Part shown: one piece after another, positions 37,554 to 46,281 of the stretch
Layout: each line of letters opens with the position of its first letter
Numbering within the stretch: position 1 is the stretch's first letter
NCBI GenBank assembly: GCA_963933835.1
Contig: CAWVVV010000001.1
Coordinates: forward strand, 448,001 to 512,000
Length of the DNA stretch: 64,000 bases
Direction: 5' to 3'
From: an uncultured Puniceicoccaceae bacterium
GTDB taxonomy: Bacteria > Verrucomicrobiota > Verrucomicrobiia > Opitutales > Oceanipulchritudinaceae
Made by a program: the position numbers and the translations under genes
The notes under the pieces: model-generated
What the model saw: the letters and a program-made list of their open reading frames with translations, nothing else
Told to the model about the DNA's origin: nothing
Database searches by the model: none

Positions 37554-39524
37554 CTAATGGCGCTGAACTTGAAAAATGTGTGCGGGTGACTTTGCAGGAT
37601 CGAGCTTCACGAAATTATTAGTCCCACGCCAGCGGTAACTCGTCCGTGACGGGTCGAGCAAATCTGTAATGGTGAATTCTGCATCCGGCCCAAAACCCAT
37701 GCTTTCGAGCGAGATATTAAGCGTTCCAGACTGAGGGTTAAACCAGTCCATATTCACTACCACGATAAACTGATTCGTGCGATCAAAGTTCTGCTTCATG
37801 TAGGCAATAATCTGTGGATTGTCACAGTCGATGAAGCTGACGTTTTGCGTCCGTTGGAAAGCGCGGTTCTCGTTTCGGATGCGATTAACTGCCGCAATCT
37901 CCGCTTTGATATTACCAGGAGCGTTCCAATCCCATGCCTTGAGCTGATACTTCTCATTGTTGATATACTCTTCCTTGCCTGGGTAAGGCTCAGTGTCGAG
38001 TAGCTCATATGCCGGTCCATAAATCCCGATATTCGAGGAAAGCGTCGCCGCGAGAACGTATCGGCCAATGAAGGTCGCTCGATTCCCTTTCTGCAAATCA
38101 GCGTGCAAAATGTCTGGGGTATTCGGCCAGATGCTCGGCCAAAAGTAATCAGCCACTTCGGTCTGGGTTAACTCTTCGATATACTCGCGGAGATCGCTCG
38201 GGTTGTTTCTCCAAGTGAAGTAGGTGTATCCATGAGTGAATCCAGCTTTTGCCAACCAGTACTTCCGCTTTGGGCGAGTGAAAGCTTCGGCGAGAAAAAT
38301 CGTCTCGGGGTGGACCATCTTTAACTCCAGAATACACCAGTGCCAAAAGGCCATCGACTTGGTGTGCGGGTTATCCACACGGAAGATCGTTACGCCCTGC
38401 TCGATCCAAAATTCGAATACTGATTTCAGCTCTGCCCACAGTGCCTTGTAATCCGCAGTCTCGAAATTGATTGGGAGGATATCTTCGTAGCGCTTGGGCG
38501 GATTTTCTGCATATTGAACCGTTCCGTCTGGGCGCCAGTTAAACCACTCCGGATGTTCTTTCACCCATGGATGGTCTGGGGCGCATTGAAAGGCGAGGTC
38601 GAGAGCAACTTCGAGACCATGATTGGATGCGTCACTAACGAGATCAGCAAAATCGCCCAAGGTCCCAAGCGCAGGTAAAATCGACTTGTGCCCACCCTCT
38701 TTAGATCCAATCGCCCATGGGCTACCGACATCATCCTTCGTCGGCGTCAGCGAGTTATTACGCCCTTTGCGATTAACATGGCCAATAGGGTGAATCGGCG
38801 GGAAGTAAATCACCTGGAAGCCCATCCGAGAGACCTCTCCAAGCCGCGAACGGGCATCTTGAAGCGTGCCATGGCGGACGCCATCATTCGAACACGAGCG
38901 CGGAAAGTATTCATACCAAGTGCTGAACGATGCCCTTTCACGTTCAACAAGCATCTGCCCAGGTTGGCTTTTTACCTCGAGGGCTTTGTCCGGATAACTA
39001 CGGAGAAGTTCGTTCAGCGAATGCTCCCGAATGAGCTTCAAGCGCTGGTCAAAGTCTCTCTCGGTGTCGCTGAGAAAATCAGCCCAGTCACTCATCTGCT
39101 TGGCCGTGTCACCACGAGCGCGGGCAGATGCCTTCTTGATGAGCTCAGCACCTATCAATAGGTCGACCGAAATATCTGTCCCACTATCGACTTTCTTAGC
39201 AAAGCCGGAAGCCCAACTGCCAAAGTGGTCAATGCCAGCCCCCACTTCATACTCGAAGAGTCCCAATTCAGTTAGATCGTATTCGCAGGCATACTCATCA
39301 TTTCCCGTCGGCCCCATCTTCAATCGATCCCAATTCCTGGAACCAGCCTTCCTAATTCTCAACTCTACCGTGAGTAAATCATGGCTATCCGTAATTACAG
39401 CGGCTCGGAATGTCACACGATCCCATAACACGCGCTTGAACGGAAACGCACCACCATCAACAGATGGCTTTACATAATCGATAACGACCCGCTGTGGGCT
39501 AGGCTGATGACTGACCTTAAGCAT
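37554..39524 (-). CDS. glgE: Alpha-1,4-glucan:maltose-1-phosphate maltosyltransferase
   Basis: WYEYFPRS, PPIHPIG, KGRNN, GSPWAIG, YAENPPKRYEDI, FRVDNPHTK, FLAEAFT, NTPDIL. Confidence 0.95.
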   Translation of the reverse strand: MLKVSHQPSPQRVVIDYVKPSVDGGAFPFKRVLWDRVTFRAAVITDSHDLLTVELRIRKAGSRNWDRLKMGPTGNDEYACEYDLTELGLFEYEVGAGIDHFGSWASGFAKKVDSGTDISVDLLIGAELIKKASARARGDTAKQMSDWADFLSDTERDFDQRLKLIREHSLNELLRSYPDKALEVKSQPGQMLVERERASFSTWYEYFPRSCSNDGVRHGTLQDARSRLGEVSRMGFQVIYFPPIHPIGHVNRKGRNNSLTPTKDDVGSPWAIGSKEGGHKSILPALGTLGDFADLVSDASNHGLEVALDLAFQCAPDHPWVKEHPEWFNWRPDGTVQYAENPPKRYEDILPINFETADYKALWAELKSVFEFWIEQGVTIFRVDNPHTKSMAFWHWCILELKMVHPETIFLAEAFTRPKRKYWLAKAGFTHGYTYFTWRNNPSDLREYIEELTQTEVADYFWPSIWPNTPDILHADLQKGNRATFIGRYVLAATLSSNIGIYGPAYELLDTEPYPGKEEYINNEKYQLKAWDWNAPGNIKAEIAAVNRIRNENRAFQRTQNVSFIDCDNPQIIAYMKQNFDRTNQFIVVVNMDWFNPQSGTLNISLESMGFGPDAEFTITDLLDPSRTSYRWRGTNNFVKLDPAKSPAHIFQVQRH

Positions 39525-39556
39525 TTATGATGGTGTGACTTGGAAATAGGGAGGCA

Positions 39557-40762
39557 TTACTTTTCGAGAAGCGATTCGTAGAGTTTGCTCGTTTGCTCCG
39601 CGATAGAGGTCCAACTGAAGTTTTCAATTGCCCGCTTACGCCCAGCAGCGGCGAACTCAGCTCGGCGCTCGGGATTCGCCATTAGGCGATTTACCTGAAA
39701 GGCTAGGTCCTTCGCAAAAGCTTCCGGATGCAACGGACTAAATGGGCTCTCGGGCTCTTGCGCAACGGGAACTAAATAACCGGTTTCATCATGAACAACG
39801 ACCTCTGGAATCCCGCCCACTGCAGACGCTACAACAGGTGTTTCACAAGCCATTGCTTCTAAGTTTATGATCCCGAACGGCTCGTAAATTGAAGGGCAGC
39901 AGAAGACATCTGCACCTGAGTAAAGTTGAATGAGCGCCTTTTTATCGACCATATCTTCAACCCAATAAACGCCCTCACGCTCTTTTTGAACCTCAGAGAC
40001 TGCTGAGGCCATTTCTTTGGCAATTGCAGGCGTATCTGGAGCGCCTGCGCAAAGGACGACATTAAACCCTTTATCTAGATGCTTAATCGCATCGACGAGG
40101 TGAATGATGCCTTTTTGACGAGTGATACGACCAATAAAAAGGATGTAGGGCTCGTTCTCAGGTATTCCAAAGCGTTGAAGAGTTGCCTTCGGGTCGACCT
40201 TCCTAAACTCTTCCGGATCAATCCCGTTGTAGATGATCTCGATTTTGTCTGGATCGACCGCAAAATGCTCCAATACATCGCGACGCGTTCCAGCTGATAC
40301 CGCGACGACAGCATCAGCCATCTCTAATGCGGTCTTTTCCACCCAAAGGCTAAAATCATAGCCGCCCTCAAGCTGTTCACGCTTCCACGGTCTCAATGGT
40401 TCGAGCGAATGAACCGTCACCACAAGCGGAATGCCGTAGGCCATTTTTGTAAGAATTCCAGCCATGTGCACATACCACGTATGGCAATGGACCACGTCTG
40501 CATCGATATTATCGAGGTTGAAGTTCAGCCCTCGTCCAATTGCCCCAAGGACGCTTAGGAGGTGCTTAGGAGCGGTCGCCTCATCTAGCTTAAAATCATA
40601 GCCTTTGACTCGGGTAGAACCATCCACCGAGTCTTGGTCACCAAAAGCGCGAACATCAACGCCGACCAATTTAGCCAGCTCTCGACTGAGATACCCTACA
40701 TGGACACCAGCGCCACCATAGGTGTAGGGGGGGAATTCGTTCGTATATAGGAGAGCCTTCAT
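39557..40762 (-). CDS. glgA: GT4 glycogen synthase, actinobacterial GlgA/GlgM type (maltose-1-phosphate synthase-like)
   Basis: EFPP..YGGAGVHV, HCHTWY, HSLEPLRPWKREQL, GRITRQKG, GAPDTP, CPSIYEPFGIINLEAMAC. Confidence 0.9.
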   Translation of the reverse strand: MKALLYTNEFPPYTYGGAGVHVGYLSRELAKLVGVDVRAFGDQDSVDGSTRVKGYDFKLDEATAPKHLLSVLGAIGRGLNFNLDNIDADVVHCHTWYVHMAGILTKMAYGIPLVVTVHSLEPLRPWKREQLEGGYDFSLWVEKTALEMADAVVAVSAGTRRDVLEHFAVDPDKIEIIYNGIDPEEFRKVDPKATLQRFGIPENEPYILFIGRITRQKGIIHLVDAIKHLDKGFNVVLCAGAPDTPAIAKEMASAVSEVQKEREGVYWVEDMVDKKALIQLYSGADVFCCPSIYEPFGIINLEAMACETPVVASAVGGIPEVVVHDETGYLVPVAQEPESPFSPLHPEAFAKDLAFQVNRLMANPERRAEFAAAGRKRAIENFSWTSIAEQTSKLYESLLEK

Positions 40763-40818
40763 CGGGACATAATAGCGAAAGTTTACGAACGTCCCGCAAT
40801 CTCAATTCTTCAAAATCG

Positions 40819-41855
40819 CTATGCGGGCTGCTCGAACTTGAAATTAAAAATCGGCACGAGCACCAAGAGAGCGAGCACGACTGGGGCAATGACGGCATAT
40901 CCCAGAAAATCGTGCAGTGAACCTAAGTCCTGCCCGACCAAGAAAATGTGCTCATCGATCGCATCAGGCCCGTGATTGTATGCCCATATTGTGAGAAAGA
41001 GGCTTCGCCCAATATTCGTCAAAAAGGCAAAGAACATCGCCGCAATAACCATTGTGACTTTCTTCCAGAGGCTACCAAATCCGACTGGAAGAGACATCGA
41101 AGCCAAGAAAGATCCGGCAAACAATGAGGCCATTAGCGAGTAAATCCCCGAACACGCCTCCGCGACACCTACCCTGCCCGTTGGCAACACAAGGACGCTC
41201 CCTTCTCGCACAATAGAAAAGCCCAAAATGTCGCAGATTCCAAATACAATGACCGCGACCTTGTTCATGAGAAAGGTGCGGATGGTATTGTCTAAAAAAC
41301 TAAATAACGGAGCCGAAAGCACCCATATCAAGGCAGGAAAGAGAAACAACCCAACCAACATCCACCGCTCAGCTAATGGAATCCGCTCACCACACTTTCG
41401 TCGTTCGCAGAACACATAGACCGCAGCCAACATCAAAGCGCGTTGGACATCGCCATGAATTGAGTCGTCACAAGATTATGGCCCTCCATCACTCGATAGA
41501 GCGCAGCAAAAGCGACCCAAACAAAGCCCAAGACGACAGCTGCCCCGGCGGCTAAATCTGAAAACCGTTCTACCCAAGTAGGTAGTTTCAAACTTCTCGC
41601 TCTCGTCAGACTACGAGCCCAAGCACGCTCCTCTTCGGATCTCCCGGGGGTCGCGGACCCATCAATGATCAAACGAAAATATGCCTTACGCTCATTCAGC
41701 ACCCAAAAGACCAAAACAGGAACGAGAAAGCCAAACAGATACTCCTCGCGAATCCGCCACCAATACTGTTGATCCCAGATCAGAAAAAGCAAAATAAGAC
41801 CGACCAAGGCTGCCGCAGTGCGGCTAAAATTATCCCATTTGAAAGACTCAACCAT
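40819..41855 (-). pseudogene. Exosortase family gene split into two frames (41433-41855 and 40819-41436)
   Basis: N-part carries W...EEYLFGFLVP; C-part carries GVAEACSGIYSL, NIGRS and LHD. The junction sequence is GCG CTT TGA TG TTG. Confidence 0.75.
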
Positions 41856-41978
41856 TTTTCAAGAGATCCGACAAAGTCTTGTTCATTCTACACTGGCAAG
41901 CTTGCAAGGTAGCTTGAGGAGCAATTCACTTAAAAATCACTTGCCAAGGACATAAATGCACAGCTCTATGGGATGTTT

Positions 41979-42179
41979 ATGAGCGAAGAACAGCCAGCAG
42001 AGACAACAGCATCTAAGAACCCGATGGAACTTACTCATCTGGATGTTGAGCTCCTATCCCGCCACGTCACTGACACCGGAAAGATTTTACCTCGTCGCAT
42101 CACGGGCCTCACAGCTGTGCAGCAACGCCACATTACGCGCCAAATCAAACGTGCACGTAATCTCCTCCTCATGAAGTAA
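41979..42179 (+). CDS. rpsR: 30S ribosomal protein S18 (short, Cys-free form)
   Basis: [22 protein letters not shown]...[12 protein letters not shown]. Confidence 0.93.
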   Translation: MSEEQPAETTASKNPMELTHLDVELLSRHVTDTGKILPRRITGLTAVQQRHITRQIKRARNLLLMK

Positions 42180-42192
42180 TACTTGTCGGCCA

Positions 42193-43236
42193 GTGATCGC
42201 CGCAAGAGACCAATTTGAGTTTACCGAAGCTCCTACAGACGATGTAGGAGCTTCTTTTATTTTCCCACCGACTGAGAGAAATCTCGCGGCCGCGGCGCGC
42301 ACGCTTAGGAATGGAGGCTTAGTCGCGATTCCGACGGAAACTGTCTACGGCCTAGCTGCAGACGCCCTCAATGAAACAGCTTGTCGAAACATATTTGAGC
42401 TCAAGGGGAGGCCTCTTATCGATCCGCTCATTGTCCACCTTTCCGAATTAGAGCATGTTCACGAGCTATCGATTTGGACTGAGATGGCTAAAGCTTTGGC
42501 CGACGCGTTCATACCCGGGGCGCTAACCCTAATCCTAGAGAAAAAACCGTGCGTCCCCGATATCGTTACCGCCGGGAAGCCTAGCATCGCAATACGACTA
42601 CCAAGCCATCCAATTTTTAGAGCACTTTCGAATAAAGCAAGGGCACCACTGGCCGCCCCAAGCGCGAACCCCTTCAGCTATGTCTCGCCATCTACAGCCG
42701 AGCACGTTCTAAGATCCTTTCCGAACGCTGGACTACCCATCCTGCAAGGAGGCCCCTGCAAGATCGGAATCGAGTCAACGATAGTTGATGTCCGAGACCC
42801 AAGAAAGCCGATCCTCCTAAGACATGGAGACATCCAAAAGCATCAGCTAGAAAAGGCCCTAGGGATATCTGTTACAGATAAAACTGATTTCACGCCTAAA
42901 GATAAGAATGAAGCTCTTTTGGCTCCTGGCTCTCTCGCGCGCCACTACAGTCCGAAGACACCAACCTACCTACTGCAAACAAGCGCCATCCATGAGGCGC
43001 AAATTGCCGGTCAAGCGCGTGTATATTTCGAAAAGCCAGCCGATTCAGCGAGCGCCGAAAACATCTTCTGGCTCTCAGAAGACGGAGACACACAAACGGC
43101 ACAAAGGTCGCTCTACAGCCTCTTAAGGTCTCTCGACGAAGACAAAAAGGTCCTTCAGATTCTTATCGAATTACCCACGCCTACGGCCGCGAATACGGCT
43201 CTCATAGATCGGCTGCAGAGAGCCGCGAGTAAATAA
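42193..43236 (+). CDS. tsaC: L-threonylcarbamoyladenylate synthase (Sua5 type)
   Basis: AIPTETVYGLAA, KGRP..DPLIVH, PGALT, AAPSAN, GIESTI, APG...HYSP; C-terminal SUA5 domain. Confidence 0.93.
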   Translation: MIAARDQFEFTEAPTDDVGASFIFPPTERNLAAAARTLRNGGLVAIPTETVYGLAADALNETACRNIFELKGRPLIDPLIVHLSELEHVHELSIWTEMAKALADAFIPGALTLILEKKPCVPDIVTAGKPSIAIRLPSHPIFRALSNKARAPLAAPSANPFSYVSPSTAEHVLRSFPNAGLPILQGGPCKIGIESTIVDVRDPRKPILLRHGDIQKHQLEKALGISVTDKTDFTPKDKNEALLAPGSLARHYSPKTPTYLLQTSAIHEAQIAGQARVYFEKPADSASAENIFWLSEDGDTQTAQRSLYSLLRSLDEDKKVLQILIELPTPTAANTALIDRLQRAASK

Positions 43237-43268
43237 AAACCCTGAGCCGCAAGAAACGACTCAGGGTT
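43235..43268. terminator. Terminator hairpin between convergent tsaC and wzc
   Basis: AACCCTGAGCCG-caagaaa-CGACTCAGGGTT, with an A tract on the left (U tract for the minus strand). Confidence 0.7.
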
Positions 43269-43290
43269 CAAAAAGTAGCTAGGCAAATGC

Positions 43291-45537
43291 TTAAGCTTGC
43301 TGTGTGTCTGTCGCTGACTCCTCTTCGACAGCATCGGATTCCGCGGTCCCAGTTCCACCTTGCACGTAGTAATGACGATAGGAGCTGTCGTAGTAATGGC
43401 TGTAGTAGTAGCCCGCTACGCTTGTATTGATATTGTTCAATACCGCGCCCAAAATAGGGACATTTGAATCTCTTAAGCGTTTCACGTTGAGGGCGGCTGT
43501 CTTACGCTTCACCATATTGAAACGAACCACGTAAATAACCCCATCGACCAGCGACAAAATGTTCAACGCATCACTGACTGGCGCCAAAGGCGGACAGTCG
43601 ATCATGATCTTCTCGTAGCGAGGACGCAGCTCTTCTATGACCTTCTCAAAAGCCGTGCTACTGAGGAGTTGTGTTGGATTCTTACTACGGCCACCCGTAA
43701 CGAGGACATCCAGCCCAGGTGCGAAATCTTTGATGATCGCCTCATCAAGGGTAGCTTTACCCGAGAGAACTTGGATCAAACCCACCTTGTTCGAGATATT
43801 TAAAGACTTACCTACATTCGGCATGCGAAGGTCGCAGTCCATAACCAACGTGCGCTCGCTGTGATGTGAGAAAGTGAAGGCTAAGTTCGTGGAGACGAAA
43901 GACTTACCTTCACTGGGGATCGTCGAGGTGGTTAGAATCACCTTCGCGTTTCTACCCTCTTCACTGATCTTCAAAGTTGAATGGATGGCACGGAAGGCCT
44001 CCACTGAGTGCTTTTCCAAGCTATCGAGGACAACCCGCGCTTTCTGAGTCATATCGACAAGTGAGATACGTGGAACGATCCCGACAATAGGGAGGCCAAT
44101 CGTGGTCTCGATGTCGAAAGCCGTCTTCACTTTATCATCAAGAACGGCTAGGAGGATCACAAAACCAAAACCCATTCCGAGGCCCAGCACTAATCCGATA
44201 CCCAGATTCATTACCGTATTTGGGCTATCAGGCCTATTCAATGGCGCCGGACTCGCTCGGTCGATAATACGCGCGCTGTCACCCTCCGTATCCATGATCG
44301 TGGCGAGCTGTTGATAACGGAAATATGTCGCCTCGTAGTTATGTTGGCTGATCGTTAAATCACGAACGAGGGCATTGTATTCTGGGCGCAACCGATCCAA
44401 CGAAATCATGTCCTTCTCTTTAGCACTAAGATTCGCCTCAGAAAGCGTCCAATTTTCTCGAGACCGATCGTATTCATTTATTATCCCATTTGCCTTGCGG
44501 TCGGTCGCCTTTGATAGCTCTGACTTAGCCTGCTCCAAGGCTCTCAAGGCAGAGGCCATGATTGGATGCAAGGAACCATATCGCTTCGCCAGCACTGCAA
44601 CATCCACTTCACGAGTGGATAACTGTGAATTCAAGCTGATGATCGCATGGTCGTTGCCAATCAGCGAAAGCTCTTGAAGCGGCGTGCCGCTTTCCTGCGC
44701 ACGAATAACTTGTTCGTGATACGTTCTTTTCTCGTCAAAATCACGCTTTGCCTCTGTCAGAAGTGTCCGTAACTGGAGTAATTCTTGACTATCAATATCT
44801 TGGCGCTCGCTAAAAGTAATGCCGTTCTTCGATTTAAATTCAGTGATCCGCTCCTCAACCTCTCGAACGCTTTCAGCCTGAAACTTAATTTTCTGCGCTA
44901 ACTCTTTAACCCCTTCTACGGTTGTTTCCGTAGTCTGTCCTTTCGAAAACTGAATATACGCTTTGGCGAAAAGATTGGCTACATCTGCAGCCACCTCTGG
45001 GTCTGGGTGAATGTAGTGGATATAAATAAAAAACGACAACCGCTGGGGCTGTATCTTCCGGTTTAAGAAGAGGATATCAAGCGCTTCGCGTTCACCGCTA
45101 ATAGCAGAGTCAATTCCGGACTCATAAGGAGCGATAAAGCGCTTGCGAAAAGCACCTTGGATACGTTTATCAACCTCTCGAGCAATCTCAAGACTCTCAA
45201 GGATGTTAATCTGTGTCTGGAGATCTTCCGTCCCGTAAAGGCGATCATCTGCAACCATCTCAATGTCCACCGCAGCCTCGCGAGCTCTCAAGATCTGAAC
45301 TGAGGATGTCGCCATGTAGAGCTTAGTCGAGTTAAACGTAAAGAGTGCAACGCCGAGCAAGACAATGAAGACAGTAGTCACGAACCACCAGATGCGTTCG
45401 CGCAGGATTATAAGGTAATCGTTCAGCCCCCTCGGAGAAAGAGCCGCGTCATTGTACCCGCCGCCGTAGCCTTCGCCATAGTAATAACCACCGTAGGAGC
45501 CAGAGCCTCCTGAAGAACGTTCATCTTGATTGTGCAT
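43291..45537 (-). CDS. wzc: Polysaccharide co-polymerase / tyrosine autokinase (Wzc/GumC family)
   Basis: Two TM segments flanking a coiled-coil periplasmic domain; Walker A STIPSEGKS; DCDLR; IDCPP; C-terminal Tyr cluster YYYSHYYDSSYRHYY. Confidence 0.92.
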   Translation of the reverse strand: MHNQDERSSGGSGSYGGYYYGEGYGGGYNDAALSPRGLNDYLIILRERIWWFVTTVFIVLLGVALFTFNSTKLYMATSSVQILRAREAAVDIEMVADDRLYGTEDLQTQINILESLEIAREVDKRIQGAFRKRFIAPYESGIDSAISGEREALDILFLNRKIQPQRLSFFIYIHYIHPDPEVAADVANLFAKAYIQFSKGQTTETTVEGVKELAQKIKFQAESVREVEERITEFKSKNGITFSERQDIDSQELLQLRTLLTEAKRDFDEKRTYHEQVIRAQESGTPLQELSLIGNDHAIISLNSQLSTREVDVAVLAKRYGSLHPIMASALRALEQAKSELSKATDRKANGIINEYDRSRENWTLSEANLSAKEKDMISLDRLRPEYNALVRDLTISQHNYEATYFRYQQLATIMDTEGDSARIIDRASPAPLNRPDSPNTVMNLGIGLVLGLGMGFGFVILLAVLDDKVKTAFDIETTIGLPIVGIVPRISLVDMTQKARVVLDSLEKHSVEAFRAIHSTLKISEEGRNAKVILTTSTIPSEGKSFVSTNLAFTFSHHSERTLVMDCDLRMPNVGKSLNISNKVGLIQVLSGKATLDEAIIKDFAPGLDVLVTGGRSKNPTQLLSSTAFEKVIEELRPRYEKIMIDCPPLAPVSDALNILSLVDGVIYVVRFNMVKRKTAALNVKRLRDSNVPILGAVLNNINTSVAGYYYSHYYDSSYRHYYVQGGTGTAESDAVEEESATDTQQA

Positions 45538-45569
45538 AACAGTAAAATTTAAATTTTGACAGACTTGGA

Positions 45570-46193
45570 TTAAATACGGCGCCGAGAGATAACGATAAGA
45601 TCGCCATCCTCAAGTGGGTGATCGCGGGTCGTGATGTCTCGCGTATCAACGGAAATCTCCACCTGCTCACCGTTTTCGTCAGCGCGGCGAATGATCACAT
45701 TTTTGAGATCCCCCAGCGGTTGAGCTCCTCCAGCCATGGATAAAGCCTCGAGCAAATATAGCCGTTCTTCTGCCGGGATCGGAACACTCCCTTGTCTCAT
45801 TACTAGGCCCATAACTTCGACGGTCTGCGCAGAACTGGCATAGATTGTTAAGTCAAGCTGTGGGTCGATGAAGTAATCTCCATCGTATAGAGTATAGATG
45901 TGCTTTTGTGCGTCAGCCACGGACATTCCAGCGATATTAACCGCCTTAATAAATGGCAGAACCACTGCACCGTCGTTCGAAACTCGCATTTGAACATCGG
46001 CCTCTTCGCCAATAATTCTAAACAAGACAAAATCCAGCGGCTTAATAACGTACGAGCTGGAAGCCTGATCGCCCAACGAGCCAATTCGCGAGCTTTGCGA
46101 GCTTTGCGAGCTTTGCGAGCTTTGCGAAAAAGACACCAAAGGGGTTATTACGAACACGAAAAAGATGATAAATTGCGACATGGAGCGACTCAT
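45570..46193 (-). CDS. Short periplasmic OPX polysaccharide export protein (Poly_export + SLBB)
   Basis: YVIKPLD, RVSNDGAVVLPFI..V.IAGMS, P, V.VMG.V..QG, LLEALSMAGG, L.DGDLIVI. No lipobox and no C-terminal OM helix. Start uncertain (46202/46193/46181). Confidence 0.85.
   Translation of the reverse strand: MSRSMSQFIIFFVFVITPLVSFSQSSQSSQSSQSSRIGSLGDQASSSYVIKPLDFVLFRIIGEEADVQMRVSNDGAVVLPFIKAVNIAGMSVADAQKHIYTLYDGDYFIDPQLDLTIYASSAQTVEVMGLVMRQGSVPIPAEERLYLLEALSMAGGAQPLGDLKNVIIRRADENGEQVEISVDTRDITTRDHPLEDGDLIVISRRRI
46088..46127. repeat. 9-bp tandem repeat (GCGAGCTTT)x4.4 encoding Ser-Gln-Ser repeats
   Basis: Perfect copies read directly; they lie just after the OPX signal peptide. Confidence 0.9.
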
Positions 46194-46210
46194 ATGCTTC
46201 AAATTTAGAC

Positions 46211-46250
46211 AAAAAAAGGCCGACGGGGCAATGTCAAAGACCCGCCAGCC
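46211..46250 (-). terminator. Intra-operon terminator between the beta-barrel and OPX genes
   Basis: Minus strand GGCTGGCGGG...CCCGTCGGCC (10 bp, 2 G-U pairs) followed by U7. Confidence 0.7.
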
Positions 46251-46281
46251 GGCAAAGGAAATGTAAGACTGTCTACCGCAA

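Noticed and set aside
41430..41440. CTT TGA resembling the prfB +1 programmed frameshift site in the split exosortase
   Set aside because: The downstream exosortase half lies in the -1/+2 frame, not +1, and no internal Shine-Dalgarno is evident.
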